Notes: generated by a model from the letters alone, not told the origin. A stretch of DNA of 57,079 nucleotides, filler included, from Sluysia triapertura (GCA_046118255.1; 4 parts of 4 records of this genome joined end to end with filler, not necessarily neighbours in it), one strand, 5' to 3'; numbered from the whole stretch's first letter, positions 1 to 14,212 are shown. Numbers and translations are program-made.

Positions 1-1576
1 TTGTTTAAAATCATGTCTTAAAACTGATCAAGGCCAACAAAAATTTTATATAAATACACAACATAATTGATTTAAAAGTTACAATTAAAAACACAAATAA
101 AATCTCGACGAACAGTACTAAAGAAAAAACCGGTACAGAGTCCTTGAACAGTTTCTTTTATCCTTTTTTGTTATGCATTAGTTTATTTATATTAAGATTT
201 GATATCATCGTGATATCCCCGTAAAATACAAGAAAATATTTCTATTATTTCTTCATCTTTTATTAGATCAACGTAAAATCAATTATTAAATCATATTAAA
301 ATTAGAATTATTTTAATTCTAAGGAAAATTTTATCTATTATCATTTCTTTTTGATTGTAATTTATATAAATTCTTATATTTGTATTTAATACAAATTTCA
401 ACAATCACGACTTTTTCTTTTAAATAGTTTCAACTATAAAATTTTTACATAGTTTCCTGTAGTTGGATTTAATTCCAATTTCGTAAAATAATTTTTAACG
501 ATCCTTTTCATATGATCACTGCAAAACCTCCAGAAAGTTTTTAAAAATAGCATCAACGAAAGAAGCTTTACTTCTTAATTAACGTCGTAGCTCTTTTACT
601 CTTATCTACAAAATCCAACGTCTGGCCCTAACTGGTGAGTCCAGTAGGTTGGTGAACTCACTTTAAGTTAAGTTTTATTCTACTTGCTTTACTTTTCTCA
701 TAAATGAAACGATTATACTAATTGGAGTTCGCCCGTAATCCAAGACTTACATCAAATGGCTTGTCCACAGGATTTATAGAATAAAAAGTCTAAAAAACTG
801 AAGGTAAAATAATATTTCTCTCAAACGTGTAAGTATATATGTGAATCATGCTATTAACATATGTAACTCAACAGTGGTACTTTAATGCTAAAATTTATAT
901 ATTGATTTTATTCTAGTATATCTCTATTTAAAATAAGAGTTTCAAATAATAATATATTCTGAAGATTTATTCCACTATATAAAATATGGATTTATAAGCC
1001 AAGCCACATTTTAAGGCTTTAATAATAACCTTTAATAATAAAGTTATTCACTCGGTAAAAGTCGTAGATAAAAGTTGCAGAGAACTTAAGTTGATAATTT
1101 AATAATTTAAAGATGAATTTTTTACTTTTTTATTTGTTAATTTTAATTAAGATTTAACTCCCTATTTAAAATGGCAGTACAAAGATTTACAAAAATAATT
1201 GATATGTTAGTTGTGCCACTTATTTAAAATATAGCGAAAAATTATAATTAAATCGAACTAACGTCAAAATTTTACACTATCATAGGAGATTATCCTAATG
1301 ATACGATTTTGTATTATCTTTGGAAATTGTAGTCAGTTATGTAAAAAAAGTGATCCCTTTATATTCAATTTTGATTAAAAAAACTATCTGACGAAGACTA
1401 TCCTAAAAATTGGCACTTTGAATTTTAAAAATTATCAGACGAAGAATTCCTGTGTACTTTTTTTATTTCGTACCGAAATAGTGATCTTTAATTTGTGTTT
1501 TTGCGCTTCTTCGAGTATTTTTTTGCATGCATCGTGTTGAGTTATAATATCAATGATCACTTTAAAAGGTCTTAAT

Positions 1577-1578
<2 letters not shown>

Positions 1579-1641
<63 letters not shown>

Positions 1642-1644
1642 CAT
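1579..1644. repeat. (ATT)n microsatellite
   Basis: About 21 ATT units. Explains the poly-Ile ORF 1435..1644. Confidence 0.95.
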
Positions 1645-2708
1645 CCGTTATAATTTTATTATTAGTACCATTACTTTATATTTCAATGTTATTATTATTA
1701 TTATTTAAATATTATTACACTATAAGATGGATGAGGTTCGCTCTTAACACAGATGTTAGTTCCTTACAAAATAAGTAACCTAACAATTTCGGCTTTTAAA
1801 TAAGTAGCTTTTAAATTATCGTAAATAAACCAAAACAAAAAAACCATTTCTAAATTTAAGATGATAATAATCTTACTCGAACAAAACCATAATACATTAT
1901 AATCAACCATTCAGATCATTCAAAACGAATAGTTAACCACTACTAAACAATTTGTTCGAACTAAATTAGCACGAACATATATTTACTGTTAATGCATCCA
2001 TTATTTGTCAATACTTTTAAAAAATCATACATAATTGAATTATTTCATCAAATAAATGTTACCTTCGTTTTAACAAAATAAAAAATATATGTTAAATATT
2101 ATTTATGAAAATTAATATATTTCATCTATGAAAATATGTAATAATAATAATAATAATAATAATTATAATAATAATAATAATAATAATTTTTCGTTTAATA
2201 ATTTTTAATAATTTCAATTTTTAAAAACAATCAATAACTGAAAATTGTTTTCCCTGAAATATTGAATTGATTTTATGTAATTTTAATTCAAATATTTTGT
2301 TAAAACTCATTTTATCAAAGCTGATATAAATAATAAAATATTATTATTATTAGAGAAAATGTTAAAATGCGAAAAAGGTAACAAAATTAATTACTAGTTG
2401 AGAATGAAAACAGAAAAATATGAGTAAATACAGCAAAAAAAGTGAATCCTCATAAATGTCAAGAGTTCTTCACTTAGTGATTCTGCACTTCAATAACGTT
2501 ACGAGAATAATGTGCTTTATCTTTTTCTATGATTAATTCCAATAAAATATAATTTTACTGTGTTTCTATTGGTGTATTTGTTTTATTAACATAATAACAA
2601 AATATTAAATTTATTATTGACAAATAATTATAGATGCATATTATATTTATTTATGAGATGTTGAAGAAATGCTATTTTCGGTTTTTTAACTAATAATTTA
2701 ACTTTGTA

Positions 2709-2722
2709 TATTATTATTATTA

Positions 2723-2772
<50 letters not shown>
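2709..2772. repeat. (ATT)n microsatellite
   Basis: Near-pure ATT run. A similar (AAT)n run lies at about 2139-2187. Confidence 0.9.
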
Positions 2773-2775
<3 letters not shown>

Positions 2776-2866
2776 TACACAGAACTATAAATACTTAAAA
2801 CAATGTAAAATTAAATTAATAAAATTAATTTACTGCAAAAATTTTTATATAAATTTTATTATTATT

Positions 2867-3085
2867 AAATTATTAGACTAAAACAGGAAAAATCTGCTTT
2901 TATTTGGTTTTCTTAATATTTACTTCCCTTGACTGGAAACTATCCAGACATGAATCCCATAGAAAATGTGAGGGAGATTGTCAAAAGGAGAGTTTCTAAC
3001 TATAAACCAACCACTAGGACGGAACTTATTGAAACCCTGATAAAAGTATGACATCACGATGACGAGATGAAAGACTTGTGCCTCA
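2867..3085 (+). mobile_element. Tc1-family transposon remnant (internally deleted)
   Basis: Translates as LPLTGNYPDMNPIENVREIVKRRVSNYKPTTRTELIETLIKV*HHDDEMK, matching the Tc1 WPxNSPDLNPIENxW motif. Closely similar to 33350-33550 (minus), including the TIR-proximal AAATTATTAGACTAAAAC. Confidence 0.85.
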
Positions 3086-3950
3086 TTAATTAATATTATT
3101 ATTAATATTATGTAAGTCGCAGACGCCAAAATAGTATAAATTTATAATTTTATAAAATTAATATCAAATTATAAAATTATTATAAAATTATTATTATAGA
3201 AAATAATAAAATGCGAAAAAGGTAACAAAATTAATTACTAATTATTGATAAATGTTTTTAAAGGGTTATAGAGTACTATGTAATAATAAAGAGTATTAAT
3301 CGAACACATATTCCTAATGCAAAATTACGCAAGGTTAAGAATAAATAGTAGGTAAAAAAATAGAGTTTTTATCAACAAAATAAGCAAGAATAATGCATCT
3401 ATAATTAGTTAGACCTTTTTAGTCTGATACGTGCAAAAAAATCCTATAGGTACGTCTTTCGTAAGAATGTAAACCCATAATAGTGAATAATCTATTTTCC
3501 GTTTAAATTGAGGAATCGGTGTATTTTAATAAACTCATTAATGCTAATTATAGTGGGTTCTATGAAATTTATAGTCTTAAACCTACAGCATGATTGTATT
3601 ATTATTAGATTATTAAAATTTAATTTAAGCTTAAGGCCTTGAATATAACTAGTTAAATCATGAATTATTGTCGAAATATAATAAAATTTTGTCTATTTTT
3701 TGATATTGAAATTGTTTAACATTAAACAAAATCCTTACATGTTACTTGAAAGGTTAAACGTCAGCTTAAGGTCGTAAAAAATAATTAATAATTTTAATAT
3801 TAACAAAGCAAACAATTCAAAATGAATTCAAATAAATCTTAATACACCAAGTCTGAAATGCGTTACAATAAATTGATTCCCAAATGCGAATAAGATTAAA
3901 AGTGACATTATATAGAATATATTGTTTTTGGCAAAATATGAAGCAGTTAT

Positions 3951-5560
3951 TGTAGTGACCCACCTTAATAACCACTAAAATTTTATTGAAAATTAATTTT
4001 TTCTTCATTTCATCACATCTCAACAGCCATACATCCATTTACTACATATTCTTTAAAATCAAATTATATTCACAACTCCACAGCACCTAAATTACATTCA
4101 ACATTACCAATTCATGTTAACTAATTCATCAGAGACATTACTCGACAATCACAATAATCCAACAACAAACACATTCGAAGTAATCCAATTAATACTTTCG
4201 AATCCTTTAATTTACACTACATTTTAACAATCAATACCTAATAATTAATAACATTTATTCAATAACATTTATTCAAATAACATTTATTTGCTCAAACTAA
4301 GTCACAATCATAAACTTATAACACATAAACCACAATGACATCTAATACCATTCCATTACACTAATAAATCTACTCCAAACGCAAAAATATACCCACTTCA
4401 CACCTTTGAATCAAGTACATTTCAAATGCACTATTCATCAATGCATAATCATCATCAACACAGAACTACAACACCGTAAACATCAAACAAATCAATTACA
4501 CAAAACATAGTATAATAACACCTTAAATATACAAAGAGTTGTATTGCAAATATTCTTAGATTCATTAAATTAAAATCTTCTCAATAAACCTTTTTATCCA
4601 TGATATTTCAGTACATAAAATTTGTTTTCAAATATGAACTTCAATCAGTATCGAAGAACTTATTCTAACATTCTTTATTTCACTTCAAGACTTATACCAA
4701 TTACTATATCTTCAAAGGTTAAATATATTTATCAATTCTTTCGAAACAATTTCTAATCAGTAATTTAGTTTCAAATACATTTTAATTTATTTCAACATAT
4801 TAAAATTTTATAAGAATGTGGTGGTCAACACTTATAACCTCAAAAAATTTATTAAAATTCAACAACATCCAAATCACAGTCATATTCAACAATATCAATT
4901 TACATTAACTATTTCACAAAAATCATAACTCGACACTTACAACAAACCAACAATTAACTCATTCCAAATAATACATCTAATACCCCCAAACCCCCACCTT
5001 ACACTTCATTTTGGCAATTGATATCTAATATTTGATAACATTCATTCAATAGTTTATTCTCTTAAATCGAACCACAATTATAAACTTACAACATAGAAAC
5101 CACAAACACATTTAATACTATTCCACAACATCAACAAATATACTTGAAACATAGAAAGCACCTACTTCACGTCTTCGAATCAAGTACAACATTTCAAATA
5201 CACTATTCATCAATGCATAATCATCATTAACACAGAACTTCAACACTAAAAACACCAAACAAAATAATCACATAAAACATAGCATAATAACATCTTAAAT
5301 ATACAAATAGTTATATTGTAATAGCCCTTTTAAATTTAACTAATCTCGATCTCCTCAATAAACCTTATCCATTATATTTCAATGCATAAGACTTGTTTTC
5401 AAATATAAAAGCTTCAATCAATTTAGAAGAACTTATCCTAACATTCTTTATTTCATAGTTTAACTATATTTAACAATCCTTTCGAAACAAATATAGCTCA
5501 GTAGCTTATTTCAAAATACATTTTAATTCATTCCAACATACTTAAATCCTTCAAAAATTT
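3951..5560 (+). repeat. Tandem pair of G-poor cassette leader sequences (unit 1 3951-4816, unit 2 4817-~5560)
   Basis: The units start TGTAGTGACC and TGTGGTGGTC and share long diverged blocks (e.g. TTCACACCTTTGAATCAAGTACA / TTCACGTCTTCGAATCAAGTACA). Homologous to 13212-13770. Confidence 0.85.
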
Positions 5561-5870
5561 AATATAAATCTAACACAGCTCTAAAGAGTTAATTTTATAA
5601 AACGAAGCACCAACGATAATTCGAGCATTGTGTACTCTATCATCGTTACTTCTTCACAGATATCAACGATCTTTAGTTCAGTTTATCTTTTATATGTAAG
5701 AAATAACGATTGTATAAAGAAAAGTTCATGTCTTTTGTAGAGAAAGTTTATGCGTTTCTCTTTCATTAATAATAATAATAATATGATTATTGTTATTATT
5801 ATTATTCTTATTATTATAATTATAAACTACCAAAACCATTTTTCGAAATCTTTAATACGAACAGTTGCTC

Positions 5871-6044
5871 CCATCACCAGTATTGACATAGCCTGTTAAA
5901 ATTCTCATTATTCTATCAATACTGATGATGGCTAATCATCAGCAACTACATTTTGCTACAGTGAAATTGATTTCTGCACGTCACCCAATCAGAGTCGATG
6001 TTGTTTAATGTTCTTTCTCGAGGCTCTGATTGGATGACCAATCA
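5871..6044 (+). promoter_or_regulatory. Double inverted-repeat module, copy 1
   Basis: Stem 1: CCATCACCAGTATTGA (5871) / TCAATACTGATGATGG (to 5931). Stem 2: CCAATCAGAG (5985) / CTCTGATTGG (6024-6033), then CCAATCA (6038-6044). Confidence 0.75.
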
Positions 6045-6117
6045 ACCATCATAAGTATCAATATAATTTTAAAAATTTACATTTTATTTCGGTAACAATA
6101 ACACTCAGAGGATTCTC

Positions 6118-7795
6118 GTGGTAAATTTTTTTAAAAAATTTTTTGGTATCACTATGAGATATATTTATAAAACTGAGAGAGATCTGTTGTGCTTTGGACC
6201 AAATGAAACAAGAGAAAAATTTATTTATCAGACAGTAATCTTAATATACAGCGATATCGAATATCAAGAAAATGTTAAAACACCTACGTTTTTAGTTTAT
6301 TCTTTTGGCTGGAATATAAATTGGGATCGAGTAGTACCTCAAACATTATTATTGCCCAATACGTCATTTTATAAACAATTGAAGAAGATGATTGATAAAG
6401 TTGTGAGAAGAAAAGCAAAATCATAGTCGTCGTAAATTGATTGATACAATTTTAGAATTAGCGAACATTGTTAGGCATGAGCGGAAGTGTATTTTAGAAG
6501 AGAATATGATAATCCTTCAATCCGTGATCGATAGTAAACTACGTGAATTAATCATAAATGATGTTCCGAATGAAGTTATAAAGTATTACCATGACAAACC
6601 TGTTAAAGATGTATATAAAATTAGGTTATACATCTTTTACTGTTTGAAAGTCGTGATTGGATGGCCAACCACAATCGACTTCGTATGAGTTAAAAATAGT
6701 TATTTATTTTCTTTATAACAAGATTGCAAAACAAAAAAATCAAGTACAGTATTGCTATTCAAAAATTTTTCATTTTTTTGATATTGAATGTCTAAATTGA
6801 AAAGCTAACATAATCGAAATTAATTTAATTTCATAAAAATTATCATGGCAAACAATGTTCTAAAACAATTTATCCATGATTTCGAGTTTAATAGTAGAAC
6901 CCGTTGTCCTGATCGTCAGTCTATTGTGAACAAATCGTATCAGCTATAGATAGTAAAGATAACATCGCTGTAGATATAGAATCAACATCAAATTTTGAAT
7001 ATCAAGTATATTGCCGAAGCATAGAATGTCAAGATAAAATATTGATGTATTTTAAATATGTAAATACCTTTGACGTAACAAATTTTTTGTCTGTTGATGA
7101 AAAACAAAATGGCAAACATCACTACATTGTTCATATATCCTTGAAAACACATATGCGTAGATCATATAAGAACCAAAGATGGAGCGTAAGACCAATACGT
7201 TATTGTTCTGGCCAGATATCACGACGTGAAATAAGATATCGTAAAGATACCATAGATGTAACAAACCTATTGTCGGATGATAAAAAAGAAAACACTGATG
7301 AAATAACGAAAACATTTTTATTCACAATTGATCCACCTAGATACAACCTAGATAAAATTTGTTATCGATTCGTCATACACTATGAAACAAAATTTGAGAT
7401 TAGAATTTAAAAGTCGTACCGTCAAAATTCGTATGAGTAATGTGGAAAATCTCAGTGAGACACATAATCATATTTTATGGATAAGAGTGCACGGTGGTCG
7501 AATTGGTTTAATCTTGGTCACAGAATTTAAGTTATGGTCTATATCCGATTCTATCATCAAAGCATCTTCAGTTTATGTACACCAGTTTAAGGATTGGTCT
7601 GACAAAGGATGGCTCCCTTATGCAAGAATTAATTATAGATTTATATCGTTTTTTACTTTAGATGATAAACACAATTCTGGGTTCAACGGAATGCAACACG
7701 ATGCAATAATGGATTTTGACGTAACGATATTAAAATTAGTTTTCAAAATTAAATATAATTGTTTATTCAATAAAATTGTCTTAGTTAACTTATAA
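6118..7795 (+). pseudogene. Fragmented, apparently intronless orphan ORF downstream of module copy 1
   Basis: Chain of same-strand ORFs (6118, 6437, 7042, 7382) broken by stops and frameshifts, with AATAAA near 7769. No recognisable domain. Confidence 0.5.
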
Positions 7796-10700
7796 ATAAT
7801 TTTGTATTGTAATATGAAAATTTTAAATTCAGTAATAATTGTATTGAAACCCTTGAATTTTAATATGAATTACAGTAAAGAAATATCTTCAGGTTAACTT
7901 TGAAATATAATTTTAATTATTCTTTTTCCGAGTTCATAAGTCCTGACTTTAATAATTCTAAACCTAGGTCTGTATATATTATGATATTAATCAATACTAT
8001 ACGTTTAAAAATTAAACTAAAGTCAGTCACTTTAACTCTCCATTCAATCTTTCTAACTAATACTCTGATGATTAATTGTTATTTCAGTACTATAATAAAA
8101 CCTAGATCATCCAATCAACCGGTAAGCAATATACAACATAAGAACTATTTTCATCCTCTTAGCAATATAAATTACTTAATTAAGTATCTAACACTTGAAG
8201 CTTACAAAACTATAAATTGGTTTGAATTGCTCAAATTTCAACATCTAAAAGTGTACTTAGTTTCCGAATATAAACTTTTAAATTTGCCCCATGTTTTCAA
8301 AATAAAATTTCCAAATTGTGTATTAAAATAATTTACCTAAATTAGCAATTGAGAAGTTATTGAAAAATACCACGTACATTGCATCTAAGTGGTAAGGAAT
8401 TCTTTTATACAGCATTCTTCACTAAAAATCCTGTGAGTACGTCTTTCACGCGATATAAACCGTGCATCACAGGCGAACCCGTAAATTTAATAATTTCATA
8501 ATTGTTCATAACTCAGAAAAAGTTGAACATAATTGTATCTATATATAGTGATAATATTATATCGTCCGTTTTGAATTGTAATAATGTTATGATCTCATAC
8601 CGACTATGTACATTCAGAGTACTTATGCACGCCCAACGAAAGGGAATTAAATATCGTTTTAAAAGACTAATGAAAGTTTTAGAAGGTATCACTTTAAAGT
8701 AAGTTTGAATGATCGGTATAAGAGAAGATTGGTATATTAATTCGCATGCCTCTGCCATGAAGCTTTTAGGCTGAGAACAATTAGAACTTATAAAAAACTT
8801 GTAATAATAATGACCATAAAAGTTTGATAATTTATTTTTCAAATTTATGGACAAAATTCTTTTCGATTTATATTTCAATAAAATATTATTTAAAGTTTTA
8901 ATTATCCTAAAGTAAGACTTATTATTACTAATTAAATTTAAAATTTTAACTAATGCATTTATTCAACATAGCATTATGATTAAATATTAAATTAAAGAAA
9001 TTTTCTAAAAGATAAAATATTGTTCGTACTTAATGGTTTATAATTATTGTTCTTGGACCAGACATGTTAATTGATTGTGTAGTACTGTGGAAAGCTATCT
9101 TCAAGATCGTCTATGAAATGTATTTTATTTAAATTTATCATTAGTTTGAAGTAATTTATCACAAACCATAGAGTTCTTAAATGTATCTAAAACGGGGAGG
9201 GTAGGAGTGTCTAGTATTTCACATTCTGGTTTAAATTCATTTCACAATTCATCTTCTGTCCATCACCTTGATGTTTTACTTTTAAATTAATAGATTGTCT
9301 CTGTCTAATTTTCTCAATTTGACATTTGAAATTAAATTTCATTTCGATTTTAACTTCTTTTTCCTCAAAGTTAAATCGATAATTCACCAGAAATCCCAAA
9401 AATTCCAGAGTAGAAATTCAACAAAATCAAATTTTCAAAAAGGAGATTTACAAACGGTGATTTTCACTAAACTGACGCTAGTTTATATACAAGTCATCAG
9501 CCAATAGGAATCGATTCTAAAAGCTTCTATTCTATTTTTAGGAGTGAATTTTCTTTTTTCGAAATTTTATTTTTAAAGTGATTTTAAAATGATTTTAGAT
9601 GGTTGAAATGACAACCTAACACTGCTTTCTTTTTGAAATCTCAAAGCCTAGAAGCTAACTTCAAATTTTATATTTTTTGTGTAACTAATTTTGAAAAAGA
9701 TTTTAGTTTAAGTACTTCATTTCGAATATAAAAACCGAAAATTAAATCCAAAATAAAATTAAATTTTCTTATTACTGTTATCAAAATAAAATGTTACTTA
9801 AAAAATGCATTATTAAAATAAAATGTTACTTAAAAATAAAAATTGTTTATAAAAATACAATTTTCTTAGGCATCACATAACAATTTTTTTCAACCGTTTA
9901 GTTAAAATCATCCACCTTACCTTTTACGGGCATAAAATTGCATAAATATTTTATCATCCAACCATGGACGATAACCGTGCAATGATTATTTCTGACGAAT
10001 GTGTAAATGGAACATCTACATAGACCATTTTAATTCACATTGTATTATCAATATGATTTTGTAAGTCACAATAACACGGGCAAAATTTTAATAGCTTTGA
10101 ATAATACTTTAAAATAAATAATGCACATTACTTATCTTAGTTTTCACTATTTTTCAAATTTAATTTGCGTAATGATTTAATATTAAAATTCAGTGAAGTA
10201 GAAGTTTCAGGAGATCATTTTTGCTTCGAGTTCATAACAATTAATAATTATAATAATATTATTAACACATTATATTATTATTATCATTACATTTTTAAAT
10301 GATTTATTGCTTACTTAATTTTAGCGTCACTTTAAAATCAATAAAGGTTTATCCACGTCAGCACTTGAAATTTCAAAATGTCGAAAAATTTCTTTTTTTG
10401 AATGAGGTTTGTCGAGTTTATTTATAGTTTATTATAGTAAATAGTATTTCATTACAAGATTTTAGATATTTTTATTAATGTTGTGAGAACTATTAAATTT
10501 ATAAAATTATAATAATAAAATCAAAAAAATAAAATGTAAATAAATCTAACATCATAAGTAATATTAAAATAAAATTCTAACAAAAAGTAAATCTGAAATC
10601 TGAAGTATATTTAATTTTATTAAAATATATTAGAATGACGATTTAAAGGAATGAGACTTATAATGCTAATGAATGATTGTTAATGAAACCTAAATGAATG

Positions 10701-12834
10701 ATCAATTGTTAAAATTCTGATAAATGAATATCTGAAAAATAATTGTTTGATTATGTTAATAAATACCTAAATGTACGATAAATATTAAGTCAATAATATA
10801 AATAATAAATCTATTGATAAATCTATTGATGTATGTAAGATAATAAATCTATTGATGTCATAACCATCGAACATAACTATTAATGTATAATGATTGTTTA
10901 ACATTTTATTTGTTTAAATTATTTACATTATTATTGGAATTATTGATTTTTTCTTATTTTGAAAAATTAATATTTTAAAAGTACGTTATTTAGAATTTTT
11001 AAATTATTTTGATTTTTTACGTAATCCTAAATATAATAAACGAATTTTAATTATTATAAATTAATTATTATTTTAAATATTATTTTGTTTGTTTTAATCA
11101 AAATGAAACAAAACCAAAAATTTTTGTTTATAACTTTCAAAATCTTTATAAATTTTGTTCGAGAGTCAGTTATACAAAATCTTGTTTTCAATTATCATTC
11201 GAGATACAAAACAGATCTTTCAATTCGTTTATATTGGGATTGCGTTAGTTTAGTTTTTATAAGACAAGATATTCACAGAATATCGTAAGTAAAATACACG
11301 TAAAATCATTATTTTTAATTTGGATCTTATAAAGATGTAAGGTAAAATATTTCTAAAATCTTGTGACATTGGTAAAAACTAATTAAATTAGATTAGTTGC
11401 ACGAAAAATCTATATTTATTATTATATTAATTATCCTCCAATCTATTGTACATGTTAATTTATATTGCTAATAATGTCTTCAATTATTGTTCAAATTTTA
11501 TTATTATAGTTTTAAAATCTTAAATTTGATCATTTATCAGCTTTTATATAGTAGAAGTTAATTCTAGTTAAAATCTATTTTTTCTGAATCGACGAAACCT
11601 GATAATTCAATTGATTAAATTTGTTACATAACTAATTTTTCAAGAATTTGCCTCCAGAATTAAGGAGTTAAGAAAAATCTTCATAGTTTAAAGTTAAGTA
11701 TCATTTTTCTTACGTTAAAATCCAACGGCTGGCCCTCGCTGGTGAACTCACGTTAATTTTTATTAATTTATATTTATTCTAACTCATTTCTTACAATAAT
11801 AATAAATGATGAGCCAATATAGATTATCTTAATGAATGTTGATATATATTGAACATAAATAAATATTAAATCATGCTAATAAATTTTAATTATTTTAATA
11901 TTTTAATGAATGAAAATGTTGCGTGCTGAATAATAATGTTGACTGTTGAAATGATTGTATGCAGTAGACAAATTTTAATTAGTGAATTGTATAAATATTG
12001 ATAACTTTGTATACAAAAATGAAATCATTAAATTTTTATATTGAGAGTAAATGGTTATTTAATTAATTGAACAGTTTCTCATTTTAGTAACAATTGATCA
12101 ATTTATAAAAGTGAGTCGCTCTATTGTTTTCCTGCAGAAATTCTGTAATATTAAACTTTCATTTTTTGAATAAATAAATTATATACTTCTGTAAAATGAA
12201 AATAAATAAAAAATTTTTATATATGGTTCGAGGTGTGTCTGCTTTTTTCTTGTTAATAATTAGGGGTTCGGAAGGTGAGATTTTTTAAGTATTAAAAATA
12301 ATAGTTTATAAAATTCTAATTAGTACTTCCATCTTTAAGAATTGAGACGATTATAGAACTAAACCTCCGAATAAAGATTAAAGAAAAAGAGAATCTAGTA
12401 CTAAATAAAAGTAACGAATAAGTCTTGAATAAACGAAACTAAATTATCTAAGAGGTTGCAATAGTAAACTAATAAGAAAATGGTATATTAGAAAAAATTA
12501 CACTTGCGATTAATAATTTGATATTAAGAAGTATAAAGATAAACATTAAATAAGATATTATTAGATTTTCACGTCAAAACTAGAGAGGAGAATAGTATAT
12601 TAAAATAACATAGAATAAGTCTTAAATAAAATAATAAAAGAGAACTTAATAATAAAATAATAATTGTATTGTTATTTGAGTTAGATTTAAATTACATTAA
12701 GGTTCCAGATCTAAAGAATAAATTTTGAGTTAAAAGAATTAAAAGGGCATGAAGTCTCAACAAAAAACTAAATTAACTTACACTCAATCAAAACTATTTG
12801 CATTCATGAAAAGCATATACACATAAGTTATGAG

Positions 12835-12906
12835 TAGAGTGACTAGACTTCCCGGATTGTGCGGAACAGTCCGGGATTTTATTCATTGTCCGATTTGTCC
12901 CAGATT
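12835..12906 (+). mobile_element. Probable hAT (Tip100-like) transposon terminus
   Basis: TAGAGTGACTAGACTTCCCGGATTGTGCGGAACAGTCCGGGATTTT resembles the YAGGGTGACCAGA..TCCCG..GGGACAGTCCCG terminal pattern. The other end was not found. Confidence 0.55.
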
Positions 12907-13211
12907 AGTCAGTTATATTTTTTAGAATGTTGCAATTACTAATAAAAAGATTGGTTGCATATAATTACATTGTTATACCAATAAGACAGAGCGCGCACTA
13001 TAGATACATCAATATTAAGGCATCGTGAGCGCTCTGTTTCGCCTAAGCATAGCTAGCAAATACTTTGTGCATGCGCATATTTTTATCGTGCATACTAACA
13101 TACTACATACATACATGTGCACAGTGTCTTAGAAACGGCTGATGCTGAATTAGTGTACTTGTTTTTCTTATGATGGTTAGTTGTATCAAATCAAAACCTA
13201 CATAAAAAAAG

Positions 13212-13770
13212 TATAGTGGATAACTGTTATAACTCCTAAAACTTTAAAAGAAAAAATTAATTAAACCTCATACACACTCACAAAACAGTTCATTTGTCTA
13301 AACTAAACCATATTCACAATTTCATAATATACAAACCACAGTTAAATCCAATACCATAAACTTTCACCAACAAACCTACCAAAAACATGTAACTCAATAT
13401 CCACTACAACCAAATAATTTCCTCATTTAAAATTATTTACTTCACGCCTTCGAATCAATTACAACACCTTAAATTCACCATTTGTCTCAGCATATTCACC
13501 AATAACACAATACAATACAACTCAAAGACAACAAATAAACAAATCACATACAACATTACACAAAATATTTCAAATATACCAAGAGTTGTATTGTAATTTA
13601 TCCTTTTACACTACCCTACCACATTCGTCTTAGTGCATCTCTTCACAATAACCTTTCAATATTTAAATATTACTTTCAATCAAGAACTTAAATCACCATT
13701 TAAGAATTCACTCTAACATTCTACATTTTACTGCATAACAAAAGCATTCTTACCATATCACATTACGACA
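13212..13770 (+). repeat. G-poor cassette leader (same subfamily as 3951-5560)
   Basis: Starts TATAGTGGATAAC. Shares TTCACGCCTTCGAATCAATTACAAC and AAATATACCAAGAGTTGTATTG blocks with the 4-5 kb units. Confidence 0.8.
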
Positions 13771-14051
13771 AAGATATACGCAAAAATCTTTAGTTTAAAT
13801 ATGTGCAAATTTTATTTCTTTGTTGATTTAAAATATGTTAAGAATTAAAAGAACAAGACAGAAAGGTCGTACATACTTAATACAATAAATTTATGCATTT
13901 TGTTGTCATTATTGCTACTATTATTACCAATTCTATCATTTAATTCGTTATTATTATCAAATTATCATTATATTTTTTATTATTACCATCATTATCGACA
14001 TTTTAATTTTAATTATTGGTTGACTAAAATTATACACAAATCAGTATCTAC

Positions 14052-14212
14052 CACTATCAATAATTAATTCCTGCCAATACATTTTAATTAACATCACTAC
14101 TGATAGTGCTTAGTTCGATAATGTGCACTATAAAATTTTACTCTTCCTGGCATCCAACCAGAATTAAATTCATTTTTGTTCTACCAAACGATTCTGGTTG
14201 GATGACCAATCA
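14052..14212 (+). promoter_or_regulatory. Double inverted-repeat module, copy 2
   Basis: Stem 1: CACTATCA (14052) / TGATAGTG (14101-14108). Stem 2 is a perfect 14 bp: CATCCAACCAGAAT (14151) / ATTCTGGTTGGATG (14191-14204), then ACCAATCA. Confidence 0.75.

Noticed and set aside
609-661. AAAATCCAACG.CTGGCCCT..CTGGTGA motif shared with about 11717-11751
   Set aside because: A real two-copy repeat fragment, but too short to classify and with no link to the cassette module.
1435-1644. Poly-Ile ORF
   Set aside because: Translation of an (ATT)n microsatellite.
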